A stretch of DNA of 64,000 nucleotides, taken from assembly GCA_903837125.1 (NCBI GenBank), contig CAILTG010000025.1, positions 1,340 to 65,339 on the forward strand. Reading direction: 5' to 3'. Under the pieces are notes generated by a model. It saw only the letters and a list, made by a program, of their open reading frames with translations. It ran no database searches and was not told the DNA's origin. Within the stretch, counting starts at the first letter, position 1, and each line of letters starts with the position of its first letter. The position numbers were made by a program, and so were the translations under genes. The stretch comes from Candidatus Magasanikiibacteriota bacterium. Lineage in GTDB: Bacteria > Patescibacteriota > Patescibacteriia > Magasanikbacterales > UBA922. Shown one piece after another: positions 37,536 through 47,142 of the stretch.

Positions 37536-38945
37536 ATGCATCCTGAATTTACTTCCTTTGATTTTATTGGCCAAGCGGGTAGTAAAGCAGACTTTTTGAA
37601 GAAAAGAGAAGAGAAAGTTTTTAGTATTGTAGAAAATGGTCGCGAGGCTCAGGGTGATATAAAAGATAAATTTAGGCAAGATTTGGAAAGTGTAATTAAA
37701 GAAGGCGCGATGGATAAAGATTTTATTGAGAGTCTGATCGGGCATTTTCAAATCGATCCGCAGCTTGTGTATAAGAATTATATAGGTGTTGATGAGACAG
37801 GAGATTTTTCTTATCCGGTCTTAAACATGCGAGCGATTATTAACGCTTTAATCCCATTAGAGTTTGTTAATAATAAGAGTGTGTCGGTAGAAGTTAGAGA
37901 GATTGACAAATTTATTGTCGAACAGCCAGTTGATTTTATTATTACACCCTCTGTTGTTAAAGCCGCTAAGCCAGTTACGGGTGATGTGGTTGGTACTAAA
38001 TGGACGAAAGAGTTTAACAGAAAAGATGGTTTGGAGGGTTTGCTTGAAAAAAATAAAATTAAGACGCGTAAGTTTTTTATGAACGAAGAAGCCCAACAAC
38101 AGCAAAAAGAAAGGGGCATGTTGAGGGTGGGTAATTATTTTGGTTATTTTTTGTCAGATTTTGGTAAATTAATTTTGGTCTGTGATAATCAAGGAGAAGC
38201 AACTTTTGTTTTACATAAAGTAGAAGCTTCGCAGGTGGAGAGATTTATGTCCTTAAACAAGTTGCGATTACAAATTTTAATAAGAGCCGGTTTATGTGTG
38301 CAGGTAAACTGGGGAGATGTGGCAGGGTGGAATGCTAAAATATTGGCGGAAATTACTAGACCAAACAATGAAGTATTTTCAGACTCGGGAGAAGAAATGT
38401 TGGCTGCGGTAGAAAAAGCAGATGTTAAAAAACAAACCCATTTGACATATGCAGAAGCTCAGGAGTTATTGCAAGATTTTGGCTATATTACCACTAGAAG
38501 GGAATACGAAGTATTGAGAAAGCAAATACCATCACTACCTTATCATCCCGAACACGTGTTTGCGAGCGAGTGGAGGGGGTGGGATAGTTTTCTTAGTCAA
38601 GTAGAGAGTTTTGAGGACGCGCGTAGTCGGGTGAAGGCAAAAGGTTTTAGAAATTCCGCTGAGTATCGATCTTATCGCAAATTACACCCAGAGGAAAGAT
38701 TGCCAACTGCCCCGGATGTATTTTATGCTGATCAAGGTTGGGCGGGTTGGAATGATTTTTTGGGAATAGAAATTTTGGATTTTGTTGCGGCGAGAGACTT
38801 GGCGGGATCTGTTGGTTTTGCAGGTTCTCAAGATTATTACGAACGCTATATGCAATATTCTGGGCTTCCGTCTAATCCGAACAGAAGTTATAGAGGTAAT
38901 TGGGTAGATTGGTATGATTATTTAGGCAAAAAAAATAAAAAATAA
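37536..38945 (+). CDS. Hypothetical protein with three C-terminal integrase-repeat-like units
   Basis: LPxxP..(Y/F)...W..W.D(F/Y)L repeated three times. Confidence 0.65.
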   Translation: MHPEFTSFDFIGQAGSKADFLKKREEKVFSIVENGREAQGDIKDKFRQDLESVIKEGAMDKDFIESLIGHFQIDPQLVYKNYIGVDETGDFSYPVLNMRAIINALIPLEFVNNKSVSVEVREIDKFIVEQPVDFIITPSVVKAAKPVTGDVVGTKWTKEFNRKDGLEGLLEKNKIKTRKFFMNEEAQQQQKERGMLRVGNYFGYFLSDFGKLILVCDNQGEATFVLHKVEASQVERFMSLNKLRLQILIRAGLCVQVNWGDVAGWNAKILAEITRPNNEVFSDSGEEMLAAVEKADVKKQTHLTYAEAQELLQDFGYITTRREYEVLRKQIPSLPYHPEHVFASEWRGWDSFLSQVESFEDARSRVKAKGFRNSAEYRSYRKLHPEERLPTAPDVFYADQGWAGWNDFLGIEILDFVAARDLAGSVGFAGSQDYYERYMQYSGLPSNPNRSYRGNWVDWYDYLGKKNKK

Positions 38946-38963
38946 TGAATAATTTTAAATCAT

Positions 38964-40817
38964 ATGTGTGGAATTGTCGGGTATCTTGGTCAAAAAGAAT
39001 CCTTACCTATTTTGGTAAATGGACTCCGGCGTTTGGAATATCGCGGTTACGATTCTGCTGGTGTGGCTATTTTAGATAAGGGAATAATTAAAAAAGTAAA
39101 ATCTGTTGGTAAAATAGATAATTTGGCGGAAAAATTATCCGCCCTAAACGGATGCGCTTCGGGCGGAAAAGATAATAAAATGAGTGGTACAGCTGGTATT
39201 GCCCATACGCGCTGGGCCACTCATGGCGGAGTTACTGAAGAAAATGCTCATCCGCATACTGACTGTTCGGGAAAGATTGTTTTAGCGCATAATGGAATTA
39301 TTGAAAATTATCGTGAATTAAAAATAGAATTGGGTGAAACTCATAAATATACTTCGCAAACTGATTCAGAAGTTTTGGCGCATTTGATAGAGCATTATTA
39401 TAAAGGTGATTTACGTCAGGCTGTACAATCAGCACTAAGACGAGTGCGTGGTACTTATGGATTAGTGGTAATGCACGCCGATCATCCGGACATGATAATT
39501 GCTGCCAGGTTAGGTAGTCCGCTTGTTGTGGGAGTTGGTGATGGAGAGTTTTTTATTGGTTCTGATGCCACACCAATGTTGGCTTATACCAAAAAGGTGG
39601 TATTTTTAGAGGATGGAGAAATTGCGGAAATAACTTTGGCGGGAATGCAAACTTTTAATTTACGTAATCAAAATGTAATTAAAAAAGTGGAAGAGATTGA
39701 TTGGGATGAAGCGCAGGCAGAGCTTCAGGGTTTTCCTCATTTTATGTTAAAAGAAATTTTTGATCAGCCGGTAGTTTTTAAAGATGCGGTACGTGGTCGT
39801 GTTGATCAGGAAGAAGGTACAGCACATTTAGGCGGTTTGAATATGAGTGAAGCACAAATGCGCGAAATCAATAGAGTCATTTTGATTGCTTGTGGCACTG
39901 CCTCGTATGCGGCTATGGTTGGTAAGTATGCCTTTGAAAGATTAGCTGGCATACCAACTGAAGTAGATGTTGGTTCAGAATTTAGATATCGTGATCCAAT
40001 TGTTGATAACCATACTTTGGTATTTGCCATTTCACAATCAGGAGAAACTGCCGATACTTTGGCAGCAGTACGTGAAGCAAAACGAAAAGGAGCCTTTGTG
40101 CGGGGGATTGTAAATGTGGTTGGCTCCACTATTGCCAGGGAAACTGATGGTGGCACCTATATTCATGCCGGACCAGAATTGGCAGTGGCTTCTTCCAAGG
40201 CTTATATTAATATGGTAGCCGTTCTTTTGTTGTATGCCTTGCAATTTGGTCGTTCTCGTAGACTGAGTTTGGCTACTGGACAGAGAATTTTAACTGCTTT
40301 GGGAGAAATTTCTGAGAAGATGAAAATAATTTTAGCGCAAAGTGAAAAGATTAAAAAATTAGCCGAGAAATATAAAAATTATCAAAATTTTCTTTATTTA
40401 GGGCGAGGGATAAATTATCCAGTGGCTTTGGAAGGTTCACATAAATTAAAAGAGATTTCTTATATTCACAGTGAAGCTTATCCAGCCGGAGAAATGAAGC
40501 ATGGGGTGAACGCTCTTTTGGCACCGGATTTTCCAGTGATTGGCATTATGACCAAGAATCAGCTTTATGAAAAAATGAGCAGCAGTATTGAAGAAGTGCG
40601 GGCGCGCAAATCGCCGGTAATTTTGATTGTGAGCGAAGGAGATATTAAGGCTCAGGAATTGGCCGATGAAATAATTTATGTGCCAGAAACTATGGAGCTT
40701 TTGGAACCACTTTTAAATATAATTCCTTTGCAATTATTTGCTTATCACACAGCAGTACTTTTGGGGCGTGATGTGGATCGGCCCAGGAATTTAGCTAAAT
40801 CAGTGACTGTTGAATAA
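38964..40817 (+). CDS. glmS: Glutamine--fructose-6-phosphate aminotransferase
   Basis: MCGIVG, LEYRGYDSAG, HTRWATHG, SQSGETADT, PRNLAKSVTVE. Confidence 0.98.
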   Translation: MCGIVGYLGQKESLPILVNGLRRLEYRGYDSAGVAILDKGIIKKVKSVGKIDNLAEKLSALNGCASGGKDNKMSGTAGIAHTRWATHGGVTEENAHPHTDCSGKIVLAHNGIIENYRELKIELGETHKYTSQTDSEVLAHLIEHYYKGDLRQAVQSALRRVRGTYGLVVMHADHPDMIIAARLGSPLVVGVGDGEFFIGSDATPMLAYTKKVVFLEDGEIAEITLAGMQTFNLRNQNVIKKVEEIDWDEAQAELQGFPHFMLKEIFDQPVVFKDAVRGRVDQEEGTAHLGGLNMSEAQMREINRVILIACGTASYAAMVGKYAFERLAGIPTEVDVGSEFRYRDPIVDNHTLVFAISQSGETADTLAAVREAKRKGAFVRGIVNVVGSTIARETDGGTYIHAGPELAVASSKAYINMVAVLLLYALQFGRSRRLSLATGQRILTALGEISEKMKIILAQSEKIKKLAEKYKNYQNFLYLGRGINYPVALEGSHKLKEISYIHSEAYPAGEMKHGVNALLAPDFPVIGIMTKNQLYEKMSSSIEEVRARKSPVILIVSEGDIKAQELADEIIYVPETMELLEPLLNIIPLQLFAYHTAVLLGRDVDRPRNLAKSVTVE

Positions 40818-40818
40818 T

Positions 40819-41472
40819 ATGATTCAAGCGGTAATTTTTGACATGGATGGAGTGTTGGTTGATAATCATGAATCTTGGTCCATTTTTGATACAAATTTTT
40901 TGGCGGAATTAGGTATTAAGTCGGATAAAGAATATAAGGCATTTGTAAATGGTAGAAGTATGGAAGAAGTTGCCTTGTGGACCAAAGAACATTATCAGTT
41001 GAGTCAAAATGTGGAGGATATTTTGGTTTCTAAACAAAGTGGGGTAAAACATGTTTATGAAGTTGAGTCAAAACCAATGTTTGGAGTTGAAGATTTGCTA
41101 AAAAAAATTAAAAAAAGCAATTTAAAATTGGCTTTATGTTCAGGAGCAAAAATGTGGATGATTGAAACTATTTTAGATCGCTTTAATTGGCAGGATTATT
41201 TTGAGGTGGTAGTTTCTTCCGACCATGTTGAATGCCAAGGCAAACCAGATCCAGAAATATATTTGTATACTTCTAAACTGTTAAATATTGATCCCAAAAG
41301 TTGTGTGGTAATTGAAGATGCCGAAAATGGCGTAAAGTCGGCAATAGGTGCGGGGATGGAGTGTGTTGGTTATGTGGATTTGCGATTTGAATTGTCTGAA
41401 GATTTATCCAGGACAAAATTTAACGTTAATTCATTTTCAGATAAAAAATTAATAGAATTCTTAAATATCTAA
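40819..41472 (+). CDS. HAD-IA phosphatase/beta-phosphoglucomutase-like protein
   Basis: FDMDGVLVD, GKPDPEIY, IEDAENG. Confidence 0.85.
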   Translation: MIQAVIFDMDGVLVDNHESWSIFDTNFLAELGIKSDKEYKAFVNGRSMEEVALWTKEHYQLSQNVEDILVSKQSGVKHVYEVESKPMFGVEDLLKKIKKSNLKLALCSGAKMWMIETILDRFNWQDYFEVVVSSDHVECQGKPDPEIYLYTSKLLNIDPKSCVVIEDAENGVKSAIGAGMECVGYVDLRFELSEDLSRTKFNVNSFSDKKLIEFLNI

Positions 41473-41490
41473 TTCAGATCAAAACAATTT

Positions 41491-42462
41491 ATGTCTCAGT
41501 CTAAATCATTACTTAAACAAAACATCGTGGTTATTGGCGGAGGCAATGGCGGTGCCATTACTTTAAATGCAGTAAAAATTTTTGCTGATAAATTTAATAT
41601 TAATGCGGTAATATCTGTGAGTGATACTGGTGGGTCGTCTGGTAAACTTAGAAAAGAATTTGAGACTCTTCCTCCCGGAGATATTTTACGAGCAGCTCTA
41701 GCAATGTCGCCACTTCACTATCCGACTTTAAAGAAAATTTTTCATACTAATAGATTTGCTGGTAGTGGTAAATTAAACGGACATAATCTCGGCAATATAT
41801 TTTTAGTTTTCGCTCAAAAATATACTGGTGATTATTTGCAGGCTTTGCGTGCTTTGGAAGAGGCGGTGGAAGCTGTGGGTCATGTTTATCCGGCCACGAT
41901 GGAGATGACTGATTTGGCAGTAGAATTGAGTAACGGCAAGAAGATTATTGGTGAAACAAAAATTGACATCCCCAATTATGATAGAAAATTACGCATCAAA
42001 AAAGCTTGGCTTACACCAAGCGGTAAAATATGTTCAGAGAGTAAAAAAGCCATTGAAAATGCCGATTATATACTCATGGGTCCGGGTAGTTTGTATACCA
42101 GTATCATTGCTACAATATTACCAGTTGGTTTTAGTGAGGCAATAAATAAATCAAAGGCTAAATTAGTTTACGTAATGGGTAATGCTTTTGAAAAGGAAGG
42201 CGAAACCGGACCGGAAAAAATGAGTGATTTTGTTCATCAATTACAAAATTATTTACCAAGAAAAATTGATGCAGTAATTTATAATAATCATAAATTGACA
42301 GCTGATACCCGAAAAAATTATCAAAAAAGAAAGTGGCAAACATTTAGAGTTGATTTGGAAAATTTGCAAGATTATAAAATTATTGCAGGTGATTATGAAA
42401 GAAATGGCGGTGGGTTGTGTCCAGATAAATTAGGGGTAGTTTTAAAGAGACAAATTTTTTAA
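41491..42462 (+). CDS. YvcK/GlmR (CofD-like) protein
   Basis: GGGNG, DTGGSSG, PPGD, HNLGN, GPGSLYTS. Confidence 0.9.
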   Translation: MSQSKSLLKQNIVVIGGGNGGAITLNAVKIFADKFNINAVISVSDTGGSSGKLRKEFETLPPGDILRAALAMSPLHYPTLKKIFHTNRFAGSGKLNGHNLGNIFLVFAQKYTGDYLQALRALEEAVEAVGHVYPATMEMTDLAVELSNGKKIIGETKIDIPNYDRKLRIKKAWLTPSGKICSESKKAIENADYILMGPGSLYTSIIATILPVGFSEAINKSKAKLVYVMGNAFEKEGETGPEKMSDFVHQLQNYLPRKIDAVIYNNHKLTADTRKNYQKRKWQTFRVDLENLQDYKIIAGDYERNGGGLCPDKLGVVLKRQIF

Positions 42463-42495
42463 ATAATATTAATTTATATTCAAAGCCAGAATAAT

Positions 42496-42858
42496 ATGGA
42501 AATAAAAAAAGAAATTAAAAAAGATTCTTTTGCTGTAAAAATTTCTTTGGAAGAAGCTGGAAAGATAATGGGTTGGGCGTATTTGTGTATTATTTTTCAG
42601 GATCGACATAAAGAGCCTTATGGTTTAATGGAAAATGTTTATATAGAGCCAGAATATCGGAGTCGTGGCTTAGGAAAAGAATTAGTCAAATTATTAATAG
42701 CTGAGGCTAAAGAGCGTGGATGTTATAAAATTATTGGCACTAGCAAACACAGCAAACCGGAAGTGCACACTTTTTATGAAAAATTTGGTTTTAAGAATAT
42801 TGGAGCGGAGTTTAGGATGGATTTAATTCAAGATTCAAAAGTAATGACAAAAGATTAA
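42496..42858 (+). CDS. GNAT acetyltransferase, GNA1-like
   Basis: MENVYIEPEYRSRGLG, GCYKII, FYEKFGF. Confidence 0.85.
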   Translation: MEIKKEIKKDSFAVKISLEEAGKIMGWAYLCIIFQDRHKEPYGLMENVYIEPEYRSRGLGKELVKLLIAEAKERGCYKIIGTSKHSKPEVHTFYEKFGFKNIGAEFRMDLIQDSKVMTKD

Positions 42859-42861
42859 TTT

Positions 42862-43701
42862 ATGGGTAGACCATCAATAGAAAATCCAGAGTTTTTTGGA
42901 CAAATACAAACTAGGCAATTTGAACATTTTCCTGGTTTGTTTGTTACACCAGGAGAATTGTCTGAACTTCCCCAGCAGATTGCAGATAAAATACCTGAAC
43001 TTGGTGAGTTGGCTGAGAAGGGTAGGCATTTTGTGGTTAAGGAATATTTGTCCAGAGTGAAAAAAGAGTCTCGGTCTATGGCGGAAAATGTTAATGATGA
43101 TAGGTGGACCCTGGCAGAATTAACAGAAAAAAATTTGGTTATTCAACCCGGGAAGGCTAATAAATTATCAGCAGTAGATTTTAATAATGATCGTACATTG
43201 GTTGACTCGGTTCAGGTTCTTTCAGATAGGCAAAAAGCAGTTAGAGATTATTTTTCAGAATTACCGGAGTTTGTGGTCCCGAGTTATTTTTTTATTGCTT
43301 CTGCAAGTGTTCAAGGAAGAAAAAAAACAAAAGAGGATTTTACTGTTTATGAAATACAAGAAAAATTAGAAAATTTTGAACCATTACATGAATTTTTATT
43401 TAAAATTACCAAAGAAGGTAATTTACATAGGTTATCTCCTGAACAGTTGAGAGTTTTAAAAACAGATTTACAATTAATGAAGGAAAGGTTGAATGGGATG
43501 TTGGCTGATAAAGATCATCCTGTTTTTGGGATTTTTTTGCCAGATTTAAAAGCAGGTAATATTATTATTTGTAAAGATGGACATTTAAGAACCTTTGATA
43601 CCAATTGTTTTAAAAGTGGTTTTGAAAGGCCTGAGGCTGAAGGAAAAATAAAATTAACTGTGAGCTTGATAGATAAATTATTATTGATATTAGGTAGTTA
43701 A
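42862..43701 (+). CDS. Hypothetical protein with protein-kinase-like motifs
   Basis: FVVKE, DLKAGN, FDTN. Confidence 0.55.
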   Translation: MGRPSIENPEFFGQIQTRQFEHFPGLFVTPGELSELPQQIADKIPELGELAEKGRHFVVKEYLSRVKKESRSMAENVNDDRWTLAELTEKNLVIQPGKANKLSAVDFNNDRTLVDSVQVLSDRQKAVRDYFSELPEFVVPSYFFIASASVQGRKKTKEDFTVYEIQEKLENFEPLHEFLFKITKEGNLHRLSPEQLRVLKTDLQLMKERLNGMLADKDHPVFGIFLPDLKAGNIIICKDGHLRTFDTNCFKSGFERPEAEGKIKLTVSLIDKLLLILGS

Positions 43702-43735
43702 ATTTAGTTATTTTTTAAATTTAATATTTTTTATT

Positions 43736-44626
43736 ATGAAAAATTATAATATTCAATCACTCATGCCTGCCAAAGATTATGAATTGTTGGACAGCGGAGA
43801 AAATGAAAAATTAGAGAGATTTGGTAATTATGTTGTGTCTCGTCCAGATCCACAGGCCTTGTGGCCAAAAAGTTTAAATGCCAAAGACTGGCAAAACGTG
43901 GACGCAACTTATGTTAGAGAAAGTAAAGGTGCTGAATGGCAGGTAAGAAATCCAAATTTACCAAAAGTTTGGTCAATTGAATTGGGTGGCTTAAAATTTA
44001 ATATCCGTTTATCATCTTTTAAACATACAGGAATTTTTCCAGAACAAGCGGGGAATTGGGGATGGCTTCAAGACAAGATTAAAAGAGAAAAGGATAGAGG
44101 AAATACAAATGTTAATGTGTTAAATTTATTCGGCTACACCGGAGGGGCGAGTTTGGCTTGTGCTAAGGCGGGGGCGGAAGTTTGTCATGTGGACGGTTCA
44201 AAAGTGGCAATTTCCTGGGCCAGAGAAAATGCCAAATTATCTGGCTTGGAAGATAAACCTATTAGATGGATTTTGGATGATGCGGTTAAATTTGTTCGTC
44301 GTGAAATTAAGCGCGGGAGAAAATATGATGGTATTATTATGGATCCGCCAGCTTTCGGCCATGGCCCAGAAGGTGAAATGTGGAAGATAGAAGAAAATTT
44401 TTTAGAATTTTTGGATTTATGTAAACAAGTTTTATCGCCAAACCCATTATTTTTTTTAATTAATGGTTATGCTTCTGGTTATTCAGCGATTGCTTATGAA
44501 AATAATTTAAAAGATTTAATGAAAGATTTTAAAGGCGAAGTTGAGATTGGGGAATTGACGATTGTGGAAAAAGGCGGAGAAAGAATGTTGCCGTGTGGGA
44601 TTTTTGCGAGGTGGAGTAGTATTTAA
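43736..44626 (+). CDS. Class I SAM-dependent methyltransferase (RlmI/K-like)
   Basis: HTGIFPEQ, LNLFGYTG, DPPAFG. Confidence 0.85.
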   Translation: MKNYNIQSLMPAKDYELLDSGENEKLERFGNYVVSRPDPQALWPKSLNAKDWQNVDATYVRESKGAEWQVRNPNLPKVWSIELGGLKFNIRLSSFKHTGIFPEQAGNWGWLQDKIKREKDRGNTNVNVLNLFGYTGGASLACAKAGAEVCHVDGSKVAISWARENAKLSGLEDKPIRWILDDAVKFVRREIKRGRKYDGIIMDPPAFGHGPEGEMWKIEENFLEFLDLCKQVLSPNPLFFLINGYASGYSAIAYENNLKDLMKDFKGEVEIGELTIVEKGGERMLPCGIFARWSSI

Positions 44627-44655
44627 TTATTAAGTTCTAGAATAATATTTTGCTT

Positions 44656-45351
44656 ATGATGCCACGTGTATTATATGAAGACAATCATTTAATCGCGGTT
44701 TTTAAACCAGCGGGAATTTTGACGCAAGGAGATGAAACCGGTGATAAGTGTTTAATGGATGAAGTAAAAGAATATTTAAAAGAAAAATATCATAAGCCGG
44801 GTAATGTTTTTTTGGGTTTGTTGCATCGGTTAGATAGACCAGTTTCGGGAATTATTTTGTTTGCTAAAACTTCCAAAGGCGCTTCTAGATTGTCCGAGCA
44901 AATTAGAAGTCACAAGCTAATAAAGATTTATCAGGCCTTGGTTGAAGGTTGTCCAAAAGAAAAAAAAGATATTTTGATAAATTATTTAAAAAAAGATAAA
45001 GAAAAAAATTTTGTTGAAGTGTTTGATGAAGAAGAGTTTAGACCGTTGGATTTGGTTGGCAGTAAAAAAGAAAGTAATGAAAGTGATTTGCAATATGCAG
45101 AATTGAGTTATGAAGTTATTAAATCAAACAATAAAACTTCGTTAATAAAAATAATTTTAAAAACTGGACGATCACATCAAATCCGTGCACAATTATCTCA
45201 TCTTGGGCAGCCAATTGTTGGCGATATTAAGTACGGAAGTAAACAAAAATATCAGCAGGGTGAAATCGCTTTGTGTGCTACTAATTTAATATTCAAAACC
45301 GCTACTACGGGCCAAGAAATTGATCTTAAAATTGAACCAAATTTTGGTTAA
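44656..45351 (+). CDS. RluA-family pseudouridine synthase
   Basis: KPAG, HRLDRPVSG, TGRSHQIR. Confidence 0.92.
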   Translation: MMPRVLYEDNHLIAVFKPAGILTQGDETGDKCLMDEVKEYLKEKYHKPGNVFLGLLHRLDRPVSGIILFAKTSKGASRLSEQIRSHKLIKIYQALVEGCPKEKKDILINYLKKDKEKNFVEVFDEEEFRPLDLVGSKKESNESDLQYAELSYEVIKSNNKTSLIKIILKTGRSHQIRAQLSHLGQPIVGDIKYGSKQKYQQGEIALCATNLIFKTATTGQEIDLKIEPNFG

Positions 45352-45357
45352 TTATGT

Positions 45358-46701
45358 ATGCTTCAACAAATATTAGATTTACATATACATTCCAAATATT
45401 CCCGAGCCTGCTCGCCTCGCTTGGAGTTGTCAATAATTGCGGAAACATGCGCTATTCGCGGGGTGGATATTGTGGCGACCGGAGATTTTACTCATCCAAA
45501 ATGGTTTGAACATATTAAAGAAAGTTTAGTGGAGGAGAATGAAGGAGTTTATAAATTAAAAATTAAAGATACAAGAAACAAGATACAAACAATTACTAAT
45601 TACCGATTACCAATTACCAAATTTATTATTGGGACTGAACTAGCGGTGATTAAAAAACATAAAGAACAAACACGGCGGATTCACTTGAATGTTTTTGCGC
45701 CGAACTTGCAAGTGGCGGAAAAGTTTAATAAAAAGTTGGAGAATGATGGGTTTAATTTGCGCTCCGATGGACGGCCAATTTTGGGAATGACTGCCAAAGG
45801 ATTGTTGGAATATATTTTGGAAATTGATGAAAGAATGATTATGATTCCGGCTCATGCTTGGACGCCTTGGTTTGGTATTTTTGGTTCTAAAGGTGGTTAT
45901 GATTCACTTGAGGATGCGTTTGACGAACTGGCTCCACACATTTTTGCAATTGAAACTGGGTTGTCTTCCGATCCGTTAATGAATTGGCGATTGTCGGTAC
46001 TGGATAAAATTGCTTTGGTGTCTAATTCTGATGCTCACAGTTTAGAAAGAATTGGACGGGAAGCCAATGTTTTGGCCTTTGAGAATGAAAAAGATATTAC
46101 GTATAAAAATATTTTTGAAGTGATTAAAAATAGTGTCCGTGTAAACCCCGCAAACGTGGGGCATGTAGTAGGAAAATTTTTATATACAGTGGAAATGTAT
46201 CCTGAAGAAGGGCGGTATCATATTGATGGCCACAGAGATTGTAATTTTTCTTGCGATCCAAAAGAAACTAAAAAACTGAAAGGTATCTGTCCTAAATGTA
46301 AAAAGCCGTTGGTAATCGGCGTGATGAATAGAATTGAAGAATTGGCAGACAGAACAGAAGAAGAAACTAAAAAAGTAGTTAGGGTACCCTATAAAAGTTT
46401 GGTGCCTTTGCCAGAAATTATTGGTGATGCATTAGATGTTGGGGTGAAAACAAAAACTGTGAAAGTGGAATATGATAAATTGATTGAGAAGTATGGTACA
46501 GAATTTAATATTTTATTAAATATTTCTACGTTGGAGATTGGTCAAACTTCCCAAAAAATTATTGGCGAAGCTGTTGAACGGGTACGTCAGGGAAATATTT
46601 TTGTAAAGCCGGGGTATGATGGAGAGTATGGAGTAGCGAAGGTGTTTGGTAAAGGAGAGAAGAAGGGGCGTACAGAACAGGGAGTGTTGACATTGGGATA
46701 A
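45358..46701 (+). CDS. Endonuclease Q-family (PHP) protein
   Basis: DLHIHSKYSRA, PAHAWTPWF, ETGLSSD, SNSDAHS, CPKC, PGYDGEYG. Confidence 0.88.
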   Translation: MLQQILDLHIHSKYSRACSPRLELSIIAETCAIRGVDIVATGDFTHPKWFEHIKESLVEENEGVYKLKIKDTRNKIQTITNYRLPITKFIIGTELAVIKKHKEQTRRIHLNVFAPNLQVAEKFNKKLENDGFNLRSDGRPILGMTAKGLLEYILEIDERMIMIPAHAWTPWFGIFGSKGGYDSLEDAFDELAPHIFAIETGLSSDPLMNWRLSVLDKIALVSNSDAHSLERIGREANVLAFENEKDITYKNIFEVIKNSVRVNPANVGHVVGKFLYTVEMYPEEGRYHIDGHRDCNFSCDPKETKKLKGICPKCKKPLVIGVMNRIEELADRTEEETKKVVRVPYKSLVPLPEIIGDALDVGVKTKTVKVEYDKLIEKYGTEFNILLNISTLEIGQTSQKIIGEAVERVRQGNIFVKPGYDGEYGVAKVFGKGEKKGRTEQGVLTLG

Positions 46702-46711
46702 TTTTTTAAAT

Positions 46712-46745
46712 AAAAAAATATCCCTAAGTAGGGATATTTTTTTTA
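46712..46745 (+). terminator. Terminator
   Basis: aaaatatcccta-ag-tagggatatttttttt. Confidence 0.6.
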
Positions 46746-46931
46746 TGAACTTTACACGACAAGCATGCATGTAAAATTTGAATGGCTATCAATATTATAA
46801 ATAGTTTATTTTAATTTGCCAATAGCAGAGGGGTGTGTATAACTTTAGCCCACTAATCTTAACACTAATCCGACACGAATCTTGGGCTTGAAAAAAATAA
46901 ATTTATTTGATATAGTGGTTTTGCCAAACCT

Positions 46932-47003
46932 GCGTCTGTAGCTCAGTGGTAGAGCACCACCCTTATAAGGTGGCCGTCGATGGTTCGAATCCATCCAGAC
47001 GCA
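46932..47003 (+). tRNA. tRNA-Ile(UAU)
   Basis: Acceptor GCGTCTG/CAGACGC, anticodon arm CCACC-CTTATAA-GGTGG, TTCGAAT T-loop; promoter TTGAAA(46888)-17-TATAGT. Confidence 0.9.
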
Positions 47004-47011
47004 CAGATTTT

Positions 47012-47083
47012 GTCCTCGTCGTTCAATGGATAGGATGCTAGCCTCCGAAGCTGGAAATGCGCGTTCGATTCGCGCCGAGGGCA
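47012..47083 (+). tRNA. tRNA-Arg(CCG)
   Basis: GTCCTCG/CGAGGGC, arm CTAGC-CTCCGAA-GCTGG. Confidence 0.92.
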
Positions 47084-47142
47084 CAAATTTTAGATTATAG
47101 TAATTTAAGTTTTTATTAGTGGTTTTTTTGTAAAGAAATTGT

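Noticed and set aside
38946-38963. glmS ribozyme
   Set aside because: Only 18 AT-rich bases precede glmS
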